The notes below the pieces were generated by a model. It worked only from the letters and a program-made list of their open reading frames with translations, was not told the DNA's origin and made no database searches. From contig CM059433.1 of NCBI GenBank assembly GCA_030390025.1, positions 4,650,001 through 4,714,000 of the forward strand: a stretch of 64,000 nucleotides of DNA, written 5' to 3'. Shown piece after piece: positions 35,050-46,455 of this stretch. How positions within the stretch are numbered: position 1 is the first letter of the stretch; each line of letters begins with the position of its first letter. The translations under genes were made by a program, and so were the position numbers. The DNA comes from Squalus acanthias (Eukaryota).

Positions 35050-38000
35050 AGAGTGTGAGCGCTGAGAGTGTGAGCACGGAAAGTGTGAGCACGGAGAGTG
35101 TGAGCACGGAGAGTGTGAGCCCTGAGAGTGTGAGCGCTGAGAGTGTGAGCACGGAAAGTGTGAGCACTGAGAGTGTGAGCCCGGAGAGTGTGAGCCCGGA
35201 GAGTGTGAGCACTGAGAGTGTGAGCACTAAGAGTGTGAGCACGGGGAGTGTGAGCACTGAGAGTGTGAGAGTGTGAGCACGGGGAGTGTGAGCACGGAGA
35301 GTGTGAGCACGGGGAGTGTGAGCACGGGGAGTGTGAGCACGGGGAGTGTGAGCACTGAGAGTGTGAGCACTGAGAGTGTGAGCACTGAGTGTGAGCACGG
35401 GGAGTGTGAGCACTGAGTGTGAGCACGGGGAGTGTGAGCGCTGAGAGTGTGAGCACGGAGTGTGAGCACGGGGAGTGTGAGCACTGAGAGTGTGAGCACG
35501 GGGAGTGTGAGCACTGAGAGTGTGAGCACCGAGAGTGTGAGCACCGAGAGTGTGAGCACGGGGAGTGTGAGCACCGAGAGTGTGAGCGCCGAGAGTGTGA
35601 GCGCCGAGAGTGTGAGCACGGGGAGTGTGAGCACCGAGAGTGTGAGCGCCGAGAGTGTGAGCGCCGAGAGTGTGAGCACGGGGAGTGTGAGCACTGAGAG
35701 TGTGAGCACGGGGAGTGTGAGCACGGAGAGTGAGAGCACGGGGAGTGTGAGCGCTGAGAGTGTGAGCACTGAGAGTGTGAGCACGGGGAGTGTGAGCACG
35801 GGGAGTGTGAGCGCCGAGAGTGTGAGCACGGGGAGTGTGAGCACTGAGAGTGTGAGCACGGGGAGTGTGAGCACCGAGAGTGTGAGCACCGAGAGTGTGA
35901 GCACCGAGAGTGTGAGCGCCGAGAGTGTGAGCACTGAGAGTGTGAGCACTGAGAGTGTGAGCGCTGAGAGTGTGAGCACGGACAGTGTAAGCACGGGGAG
36001 TGTGAGCGCTGAGAGTGTGAGCACGGGGAGTGTGAGCACGGAGAGTGTGAGCACGGAGAGTGTGAGCACGGAGAGTGAGCACCGAGAGTGTGAGCACCGA
36101 GAGTGTGAGCACGGGGAGTGTGAGCACGGGGAGTGTGAGCACTGAGAGTGAGCACGGGGAGTGTGAGCACCGAGAGTGTGAGCACCGAGAGTGTGAGCAC
36201 GGGGAGTGTGAGCACCGAGAGTGTGAGCACCGAGAGTGTGAGCACCGAGAGTGTGAGCACGGGGAGTGTGAGCACGGGGAGTGTGAGCACTGAGAGTGAG
36301 CACGGGGAGTGTGAGCACGGGGAGTGAGCACGGGGAGTGTGAGCGCTGTGAGTGTGAGCGCCGAGAGTGTGAGCACGGGGAGTGTGAGCGCTGTGAGTGT
36401 GAGCGCCGAGAGTGTGAGCACTGAGAGTGTGAGCACGGGGAGTGTGAGCACTGAGAGTGTGAGCACTGAGAGTGTGAGCACGGGGAGTGTGAGCGCTGAG
36501 AGTGTGAGCGCTGAGAGTGAGAGCGCTGAGAGTGTGAGCACGGGGAGTGTGAGCACGGGGAGTGTGAGCGCTGAGAGTGTGAGCACGGGGAGTGTGAGCA
36601 CGGGGAGTGTGAGCACGGGGAGTGTGAGCACTGAGAGTGTGAGCACGGGGAGTGTGAGCGCTGAGTGTGAGAGCACGGGGAGTGTGAGCACGGGGAGTGT
36701 GAGCACTGAGTGTGAGCACGGGGAGTGTGAGCGCCGAGAGTGTGAGCACCGAGAGTGAGCACGGGGAGTGTGAGCACCGAGAGTGAGCACGGGGAGTGTG
36801 AGCGCTGAGAGTCTGAGCGCTGAGAGTGTGAGCGCTGAGAGTGTGAGCACGGGGAGTGTGAGCACGGGGAGTGTGAGCACGGGGAGTGTGAGCGCTGAGA
36901 GTGTGAGCACCGAGAGTGTGAGCACCGAGAGTGTGAGCGCCGAGAGTGTGAGCGCCGAGAGTGTGAGCGCCGAGAGTGTGAGCGCTGAGAGTGTGAGCAC
37001 GGGGAGTGAGAGCACGGGGAGTGTGAGCACTGAGAGTGTGAGCACGGGGAGTGTGAGCACGGGGAGTGTGAGCGCTGAGAGTGTGAGCACGGGGAGTGTG
37101 AGCACGGGGAGTGTGAGCGCTGAGAGTGTGAGCACGGGGAGTGTGAGCGCTGAGAGTGTGAGCGCTGAGAGTGTGAGCACGGGGAGTGTGAGCGCTGAGA
37201 GTGTGAGCACTGAGAGTGTGAGCGCCGAGAGTGTGAGCACGGAGAGTGTGAGCACTGAGAGTGTGAGCACGGAGAGTGTGAGCACGGAGAGTGTGAGCAC
37301 GGAGAGTGTGAGCACGGGGAGTGTGAGCACCGAGAGTGTGAGCACCGAGAGTGTGAGCACCGAGAGTGTGAGCACGGAGAGTGTGAGCACCGAGAGTGTG
37401 AGCATGGGGAGTGTGAGCACGGGGAGTGTGAGCACGGAGAGTGAGCGCACGGGGAGTGTGAATGCTGAGAGTGTGAGCACTGAGTGTGAGAGCACGGGGA
37501 GTGTGAGCACCGAGAGTGTGAGCACCGAGAGTGTGAGCACGGGGAGTGTGAGCACGGAGAGTGTGAGCACCTAGAGTGTGAGCACTGAGAGTGTGAGCAC
37601 GGGGAGTGTGAGCGCTGAGAGTGTGAGCACGGGGAGTGTGAGCACGGGGAGTGTGAGCACTGAGAGTGTGAGCACCGGGAGTGTGAGCACGGGGAGTGTG
37701 AGCACGGGGAGTGTGAGCACGGGGAGTGTGAGCACTGAGAGTGTGAGCACTGAGAGTGTGAGCACGGGGAGTGTGAGCACTGAGAGTGTGAGCACTGAGA
37801 GTGTGAGCGCGGTGAGTGTGAGCGCCGAGAGTGTGAGCACGGGGAGTGTGAGCACTGAGAGTGTGAGCGCTGAGAGTGTGAGCACGGGGAGTGTGAGCAC
37901 GGGGAGTGTGAGCCCTGAGAGTGTGAGCACTGAGAGTGTGAGCACGGGGAGTGTGAGCACTGAGAGTGTGAGCACTGAGAGTGTGAGCACGGGGAGTGTG

Positions 38001-41000
38001 AGCACTGAGAGTGTGAGCACGGGGAGTGTGAGCACTGAGAGTGTGAGCACTGAGAGTGTGAGCACGGGGAGTGTGAGCACTGAGAGTGTGAGCACTGAGT
38101 GTGAGAGTACGGGGAGTGTGAGCACTGAGAGTGTGAGCGCTGAGAGTGTGAGCACTGAGAGTGAGCACTGAGAGTGTGAGCACTGAGAGTGTGAGCGCTG
38201 AGAGTGTGAGCACGGGGAGTGTGAACACGGAGAGTGTGAGCACGGGGAGTGTGAGCGCTGAGAGTGTGAGCGCTGAGAGTGTGAGCACGGGGAGTGTGAG
38301 CACGGGGAGTGTGAGCGCTGAGAGTGTGAGCGCTGAGAGTGTGAGCATGGGGAGTGTGAGCACGGGGAGTGTGAGCGCTGAGAGTGTGAGCACTGAGAGT
38401 GAGCACTGAGAGTGTGAGCGCTGAGAGTGTGAGCACGGAGAGTGTGAGCACTGAGAGTGTGAGCGCTGAGAGTGTGAGCACGGGGAGTGTGAGCACGGAG
38501 AGTGTGAGCACGGGGAGTGTGAGCACTGAGAGTGTGAGCATGGGGAGTGTGAGCACCGAGAGTGTGAGCACGGGGAGTGTGAGCGCTGAGAGTGTGAGCA
38601 CGGGGAGTGTGAGCACTGAGAGTGAGCACTGAGAGTGTGAGCACGGGGAGTGTGAGCACCGAGAGTGTGAGCGCTGAGAGTGTGAGCACGGGGAGTGTGA
38701 GCACGGGGAGTGTGAGCACGGGGAGTGTGAGCACGGGGAGTGTGAGCACCGAGAGTGTGAGCACCGAGAGTGTGAGCACGGGGAGTGTGAGCACGGGGAG
38801 TGTGAGCACTGAGAGTGTGAGCGCCGAGAGTGTGAGCACGGGGAGTGTGAGCACTGAGAGTGTGAGCACTGAGAGTGTGAGCACGGGGAGTGTGAGCACT
38901 GAGAGTGTGAGCACGGGGAGTGTGAGCACTGAGAGTGTGAGCACGGGGAGTGTGAGCACTGAGAGTGTGAGCACGGGGAGTGTGAGCACTGAGAATGTGA
39001 GCACGGGGAGTGTGAGCGCGGGGAATGTGAGCACGGGGAGTGTGAGCGCGGGGAGTGTGAGCACTGAGAGTGTGAGCACGGGGAGTGTGAGCACTGAGAG
39101 TGTGAGCACTGAGTGTGAGAGCATGGGGAGTGTGAGCGCTGAGAGTGTGAGCGCTGAGAGTGTGAGCACGGAAAGTGTGAGCACGGGGAGTGTGAGCGCC
39201 GAGAGTGTGAGCACTGAGAGTGTGAGCACGGAGAGTGTGAGCACTGAGAGTGTGAGCGCTGAGAGTGTGAGCGCTGAGAGTGTGAGCACGGGGAGTGTAA
39301 GCACGGGGAGTGTGAGCGCTGAGAGTGTGAGCACGGGGAGTGTGAGCACGGAGAGTGTGAGCACGGAGAGTGTGAGCGCCGAGAGTGTGAGCACGGGGAG
39401 TGTGAGCGCTGAGGGTGTGAGCACTGAGTGTCAGAGCACGGGGAGTGTGAGCACCGAGAGTGTGAGCACCGAGAGTGTGAGCACGGGGAGTGTGAGCACG
39501 GAGAGTGTGAGCACGGAGAGTGTGAGCACCGAGAGTGTGAGCACGGGGAGTGTGAGCGCTGAGAGTGTGAGCACCGAGAGTGTGAGCGCTGAGAGTGTGA
39601 GCATGGGGAGTGTGAGCACCGAGAGTGTGAGCACGGGGAGTGTGAGCACGGGGAGTGTGAGCACCGAGAGTGTGAGCACGGGGAGTGTGAGCACGGGGAG
39701 TGTGAGCACTGAGAGTGTGAGCGCCGAGAGTGTGAGCACGGGGAGTGTGAGCACTGAGAGTGTGAGCACGGGGAGTGTGAGCACTGAGAGTGTGAGCACG
39801 GGGAGTGTGAGCACTGAGAGTGTGAGCACGGGGAGTGTGAGCACTGAGAGTGTGAGCACGGGGAGTGTGAGCACTGAGAGTGTGAGCACTGAGAGTGTGA
39901 GCACGGGGAGTGTGAGCACTGAGAATGTGAGCACGGGGAGTGTGAGCACTGAGAGTGTGAGCACCGAGAGTGTGAGCACGGGGAGTGTGAGCACTGAGAG
40001 TGTGAGCACTGAGTGTGAGAGCGCTGAGAGTGTGAGCACGGGGAGTGTGAGCACTGAGAGTGTGAGCGCTGAGAGTGTGAGCGCGGGGAGTGTGAGCACT
40101 GAGAGTGTGAGCACTGAGAGTGTGAGCACGGGGAGTGTGAGCACTGAGTGTGAGAGCATGGGGAGTGTGAGCGCTGAGAGTGTGAGCGCTGAGAGTGTGA
40201 GCACGGAGAGTGTGAGCACGGAGAGTGTGAGCACGGGGAGTGTGAGCGCCGAGAGTGTGAGCACTGAGAGTGTGAGCACGGAGAGTGTGAGCACTGAGAG
40301 TGTGAGCACGGAGAGTGTGAGCGCTGAGAGTGTGAGCACGGGGAGTGTGAGCACGGGGAGTGTGAGCGCTGAGAGTGTGAGCACGGAGAGTGTGAGCACG
40401 GAGAGTGTGAGCACGGAGAGTGAGCACCGAGAGTGTGAGCACGGGGAGTGTGAGCGCTGAGGGTGTGAGCACTGAGTGTCAGAGCACGGGGAGTGTGAGC
40501 ACCGAGAGTGTGAGCACCGAGAGTGTGAGCACCGAGAGTGTGAGCACGGGGAGTGTGAGCACGGAGAGTGTGAGCACGGAGAGTGTGAGCACCGAGAGTG
40601 TGAGCACGGGGAGTGTGAGCGCTGAGAGTGTGAGCACGGGGAGTGTGAGCACGGAGAGTGTGAGCACGGGGAGTGTGAGCGCTGAGAGTGTGAGCGCCGA
40701 GAGTGTGAGCGCCGAGAGTGTGAGCGCCGAGAGTGTGAGCACGGGGAGTGTGAGCACGGGGAGTGTGAGCACGGGGAGTGTGAGCGCTGAGAGTGTGAGC
40801 ACGGGGAGTGTGAGCACGGGGAGTGTGAGCACTGAGAGTGTGAGCACGGGGAGTGTGAGCGCTGAGAGTGTGAGCACCGAGAGTGTGAGCGCTGAGAGTG
40901 TGAGCACGGGGAGTGTGAGCACGGAGAGTGTGAGCACGGGGAGTGTGAGCGCTGAGAGTGTGAGCGCCGAGAGTGTGAGCGCCGAGAGTGTGAGCGCCGA

Positions 41001-44000
41001 GAGTGTGAGCACGGGGAGTGTGAGCACGGGGAGTGTGAGCACTGAGAGTGTGAGCACGGGGAGTGTGAGCGCTGAGAGTGTGAGCACGGGGAGTGTGAGC
41101 ACTGAGAGTGTGAGCACGGGGAGTGTGAGCACTGAGAGTGTGAGCACGGGGAGTGTGAGCACTGAGAGTGTGAGCACGGGGAGTGTGAGCACTGAGAGTG
41201 AGCACTGAGAGTGAGCACGGGGAGTGTGAGCACGGAGAGTGAGCACCGAGAGTGTGAGCACGGAGAGTGTGAGCGCCGAGAGTGTGAGCGCTGAGAGTGT
41301 GAGCACCGAGAGTGTGAGCACCGAGAGTGTGAGCACCGAGAGTGTGAGCACGGGGAGAGTGAGCACGGGGAGAGTGAGCACGGGGAGTGTGAGCGCTGAG
41401 AGTGTGAGCACGGGGAGTGTGAGCACGGAGAGTGTGAGCACGGGGAGCGTGAGCACGGGAGTGTGAGCACGGGGAGTGTGAGCACGGGGAGTGTGAGCGC
41501 TGAGAGTGTGAGCACGGGGAGTGTGAGCACGGGGAGTGTGAGCACTGAGATTGTGAGCACGGGGAGTGTGAGCACTGAGAGTGTGAGCACGGGGAGTGTG
41601 AGCACGGAGAGTGTGAGCACGGGGAGCGTGAGCACTGAGAGTGTGAGCACGGAGTGTGAGCACGGGGAGTGTGAGCGCTGAGAGTGTGAGCGCTGAGAGT
41701 GTGAGCACGGGGAGTGTGAGCGCTGAGAGTGTGAGCACGGGGAGTGTGAGCGCTGAGAGTGTGAGCACGGGGAGTGTGAGCCCTGAGAGTGTGAGCACGG
41801 GGAGTGTGAGCGCTGAGAGTGTGAGCACGGGGAGTGTGAGCGCTGAGAGTGTGAGCACGGGGAATGTGAGCACTGAGAGTGTGAGCACGGGGAGTGTGAG
41901 CACGGAAAGTGTGAGCACGGGGAGCGTGAGCACTGAGAGTGAGAGCACGGGGAGTGTGAGCACTGAGAGTGTGAGCACGGGGAGTGTGAGCGCTGAGAGT
42001 GTGAGCACGGGGAGTGTGAGCGCTGAGAGTGTGAGCACTGGGAGTGTGAGCGCTGAGGAGTGTGAGCACGGGAGTGTGAGCACGGGGAGTGTTGAGCACG
42101 GGAGTGTGAGCGCGGGAGTGTGAGCGCTGAGAGAGTGAGCGCTGAGAGTGTGAGCCTGAAGTGTGAGCACAGAGTGTGAGCGCTGAGAGTGTGAGCACGG
42201 AGGAGTGTGAGCACTGAGAGTGGTGAGGCACGGAGTGTGAGCGCTGAGAGTGTGAGCACAGAGTGTGAGCACGGAGAGTGTGAGCACGGGGAGTGTGAGC
42301 ACTGAGAGTGGGAGCACTGATAGTGTGAGCACGGGGAGTGTGAGCGCTGAGAGTGTGAGCACGGGGAGTGTGAGCACTGAGAGTGAGCACGGGGAGTGTG
42401 AGCACTGAGAGTGTGAGCACTGAGAGTGTGAGCACGGGGAGTGTGAGCGCTGAGAGTGTGAGCACCGAGAGTGTGAGCACTGAGAGTGTGAGCACGGGGA
42501 GCGTGAGCGCTGAGAGTGTGAGCACGGGGAGTGTGAGCACCGAGAGTGTGAGCACGGAGAGTGTGAGCGCTGAGAGTGTGAGCACTGAGAGTGTGAGCAC
42601 TGAGAGTGAGCACTGAGAGTGTGAGCGCCGAGAGTGTGAGCACCGAGAGTGTGAGCGCTGAGAGTGTGAGCACTGAGAGTGAGCACTGAGAGTGTGAGCA
42701 CGGGGAGTGTGAGCACTGAGAGTGTGAGCACGGGGAGTGTGAGCACCGAGAGTGTGAGCACGGAGAGTGTGAGCACTGAGAGTGAGCACTGAGAGTGAGC
42801 ACTGAGAGTGTGAGCACGGGGAGTGTGAGCACTGAGAGTGTGAGCACGGGGAGTGTGAGCACCGAGAGTGTGAGCACGGAGAGTGTGAGCACTGAGAGTG
42901 AGCACTGAGAGTGTGAGCACTGAGAGTGTGAGCGCTGAGAGTGTGAGCACCGAGAGTGTGAGCACCGAGAGTGTGAGCACTGAGAGTGTGAGCGCTGAGA
43001 GAGTGAGCACTGAGAGTGTGAGCACGGGGAGTGTGAGCACCGAGAGTGTGAGCACCGAGAGTGTGAGCGCTGAGAGTGTGAGCACTGAGAGTGAGCACTG
43101 AGAGTGTGAGCACGAGGAGTGTGAGCACGGAGAGTGTGAGCGCTGAGAGTGTGAGCACGGGGAGTGTGAGCACTGAGAGTGTGAGCACGGAGAGTGTGAG
43201 CGCTGAGAGTGTGAGCACGGGGAGTGTGAGCACTGAGAGTGTGAGCACTGAGAGTGTGAGCACGGGAGTGTGAGCACGGGGAGTGTGAGCACGGGGAGTG
43301 TGAGCGCTGAGAGTGTGAGCACGGGGAGTGTGAGCACGGAGAGTGTGAGCACCGAGAGTGTGAGCACCGAGAGTGTGAGCGCTGAGAGTGTGAGCACTGA
43401 GAGTGTGAGCACGGGGAGTGTGAGCACTGAGAGTGTGAGCACGGAGAGTGTGAGCACGGGGAGCGTGAGCACGGGGCGTGTGAGCACTGAGAGTGTGAGC
43501 ACGGGGAGTGTGAGCGCTGAGAGTGTGAGCACCGAGAGTGTGAGCGCTGAGAGTGTGAGCACTGAGAGTGAGCACTGAGAGTGTGAGCACGGGGAGTGTG
43601 AGCACGGGGAGTGTGAGCACCGAGAGTGTGAGCACCGAGAGTGTGAGCACCGAGAGTGAGCAATGAGAGTGTGAGCACGGGGAGTGTGAGCACGGGGAGT
43701 GTGAGCACTGAGAGTGTGAGCACGGGGAGTGTGAGCACGGGGAGTGTGAGCACTGAGAGTGTGAGCACGGGGAGTGTGAGCACTGAGAGTGTGAGCACGG
43801 GGAGTGTGAGCACTGAGAGTGTGAGCACGGGGAGTGTGAGCACTGAGAGTGTGAGCACGGGGAGTGTGAGCACTGAGAGTGTGAGCACCGAGAGTGTGAG
43901 CACGGGGAGTGTGAGCACGGGGAGTGTGAGCACTGAGAGTGTGAGCACTGAGTGTGAGAGCGCTGAGAGTGTGAGCACGGGGAGTGTGAGCACTGAGAGT

Positions 44001-45100
44001 GTGAGCGCTGAGAGTGTGAGCGCGGGGAGTGTGAGCACCGAGAGTGTGAGCACGGGGAGTGTGAGCGCCGAGAGTGTGAGCACGGGGAGTGTGAGCGCCG
44101 AGAGTGTGAGCACCGAGAGTGAGCACGGGGAGTGTGAGCACTGAGAGTGTGAGCGCTGAGAGAGTGAGCACGGGGAGTGTGAGCACGGGGAGTGTGAGCA
44201 CGGGGAGTGTGAGCACTGAGAGTGTGAGCACGGGGAGTGTGAGCACGGGGAGTGTGAGCGCTGAGAGTGTGAGCACGGGGAGTGTGAGCACTGAGAGTGA
44301 GCACGGGGAGTGTGAGCACTGAGAGTGTGAGCACGGGGAGTGTGAGCGCTGAGAGTGTGAGCACCGAGAGTGTGAGCACCGAGAGTGTGAGCACGGGGAG
44401 TGTGAGCACCGAGAGTGTGAGCACGGAGAGTGTGAGCGCTGAGAGTGTGAGCGCTGAGAGTGTGAGCACTGAGAGTGTGAGCGCTGAGAGTGTGAGCGCT
44501 GAGAGTGTGAGCACGGGGAGTGTGAGCGCTGAGAGTGTGAGCACGGGGAGTGTGAGCACTGAGAGTGTGAGCACGGAGAGTGTGAGCGCTGAGAGTGTGA
44601 GCACGGGGAGTGTGAGCACTGAGAGTGTGAGCACGGGAGTGTGAGCACGGGGAGTGTGAGCACGGGGAGTGTGAGCGCTGAGAGTGTGAGCACGGGGAGT
44701 GTGAGCACGGAGAGTGTGAGCACTGAGAGTGTGAGCACGGGGAGTGTGAGCACTGAGAGTGTGAGCACGGAGAGTGTGAGCACGGGGAGCGTGAGCACGG
44801 GGAGCGTGAGCACGGGGAGTGTGAGCACTGAGCGTGTGAGCACGGGGAGTGTGAGCACGGGGAGTGTGAGCGCTGAGAGTGTGAGCACGGAGCGTGTGAG
44901 CGCTGAGAGTGTGAGCGCTGAGAGTGTGAGCACGGGGAGTGTGAGCACTGAGAGTGAGCACGGGGAGTGTGAGCACGGGGAGTGTGAGCACGGGGAGGTT
45001 GAGCACTGAGAGTGAGCACGGGGAGTGTGAGCACGGGGAGTGTGAGCACGGAGAGTGTGAGCGCTGAGAGTGTGAGCACGGGGAGCGTGAGCACTGAGCG
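35050..45100. repeat. 15-bp satellite array, ~10 kb (about 670 units)
   Basis: GAGTGTGAGC followed by one of ACTGA/ACGGG/ACGGA/ACCGA/GCTGA/GCCGA; occasional 13- and 14-bp units. Confidence 0.98.
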
Positions 45101-45371
45101 TGCTCCACAATTACAGTCTCACAAGCAGCAGAGAAAATGTTGTCCTGCTCTGGTGCCGTACTCCATCTGCTGGGCCACTTGTGAGCTGGCTTCACCCAAT
45201 TCCAGCAGTGAATAAAAGGATTACACTGAAAAGTAAAACAGAAGGAAAATGAAAAGAACTTGTGTGTTGATAATAAAAATTTCTGCTGAACCACAGCCTG
45301 CTATTTTATATTTTTTTTTTAGTTTCGCAACAGGCGCCAATTTAAGTTAAGAGCGTACAATTCGAAGATGT

Positions 45372-46017
45372 GGGCCCCGATTTTAACTACGGCTCAGTTT
45401 TTTTGGTGGGTGAATAGTGGCGAGAGTCAGAAAATCACCCGGGACTATTTTAACTCTCGGGTCTTGTTTATATCCTGACAGCCGGCTTCCCACCTGTTGC
45501 GGGTGGAAAACTGCACAGCCCGGAGTTCCCCCACCAACAGGTAAGGGGCAGGGGTCAGAGGCCGAGCTGTCCTGTGGGGGCCGCACGATTGGGGAGGGTG
45601 GAGGGTGTGGGGGGGGGTTCTAGTTCGTGGGAGAGGAGGTCTAAACATTCCTTGTGTGGGGCCCGAAGGAGTCGCCCCCCCGTCTGTCTTGGCCCCACAG
45701 TTAAAGGTTAAAACAAAATTAAACTTACCTTTTTGGGCCCCCAATCCTTTTCGCCGCCGGGTTGGTCAGGCGAGAAACATACGCCGGCGCTTCCTGCTTC
45801 CTGCGCAGGCCGCCTGATTAAAATCGCAACCGAATCCCGATTTACATTATCGGGGCCCAGCACGCGCCTGTTAAAAAGGACCCTGCTGGCCTCGTGCGGG
45901 CGTCCTTTGCTGCCTGCTCAGAAGAGGTGGTGAAAATCCAAACCCGTCAGTCAGTTCCCGGGGGCTCCAGGGTGATTTTAACTCCCCACCTGGTCGGTAG
46001 GGCTGAAATCGCCCCCT
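45372..46017. mobile_element. MITE-like element with repeated TIR-like motifs
   Basis: GGGCCCCGATTTTAAC at the left and GAAATCGCCCCC at the right; similar motifs recur internally; no clear TSD. Confidence 0.55.
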
Positions 46018-46455
46018 TGGATTGCTCCAAGTGTCTGGAAATTGAAATACAATTTCCATGGGAAGATACGTAGCAGGGCAGCTGACTTCTCCAAGAGCCT
46101 CAACTGAATATGGAGCTCTGAAGGATGAATGGTGAGCACACGAGTAGCTTTTCTCAGTTCATGCCTTTTTATGCAGATCATTGTAAAATTAGATGATGCA
46201 AACCAATTGTTTTGCATCAGAATGCTATTACAGCAAAATATTTCCTTGCTAATTGCTTGTTGCATTTAAAAGGCTGCTTACGCAGTTGGTTTCCATCTAA
46301 AGTCGTTTTAAAAGGTTCATCAACCCTTCAAATAACGCAGTTTGTTACTAGCTCAACTAAATCAACTGATCTGAAGAAATCATTCGGCCAAATGTACAAC
46401 ATTTTATTCACTGAACTTAAAAATTGACTTCTAGATTGTACAAATCGGTTTATTA

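Noticed and set aside
35050..45100. CRISPR-like or recombination-signal array
   Set aside because: No unique spacers, no cas genes, eukaryotic intron, and no CACAGTG heptamer with nonamer spacing.
35024..45294. Giant ORFs up to 3355 aa (VLTLS / AHTPR / CSHSQ / SVSTE repeats)
   Set aside because: They arise from a 15-nt unit with no stop codon on the minus strand. All frames are open, 13- and 14-bp units swap frames freely, and the longest starts at a non-ATG codon.
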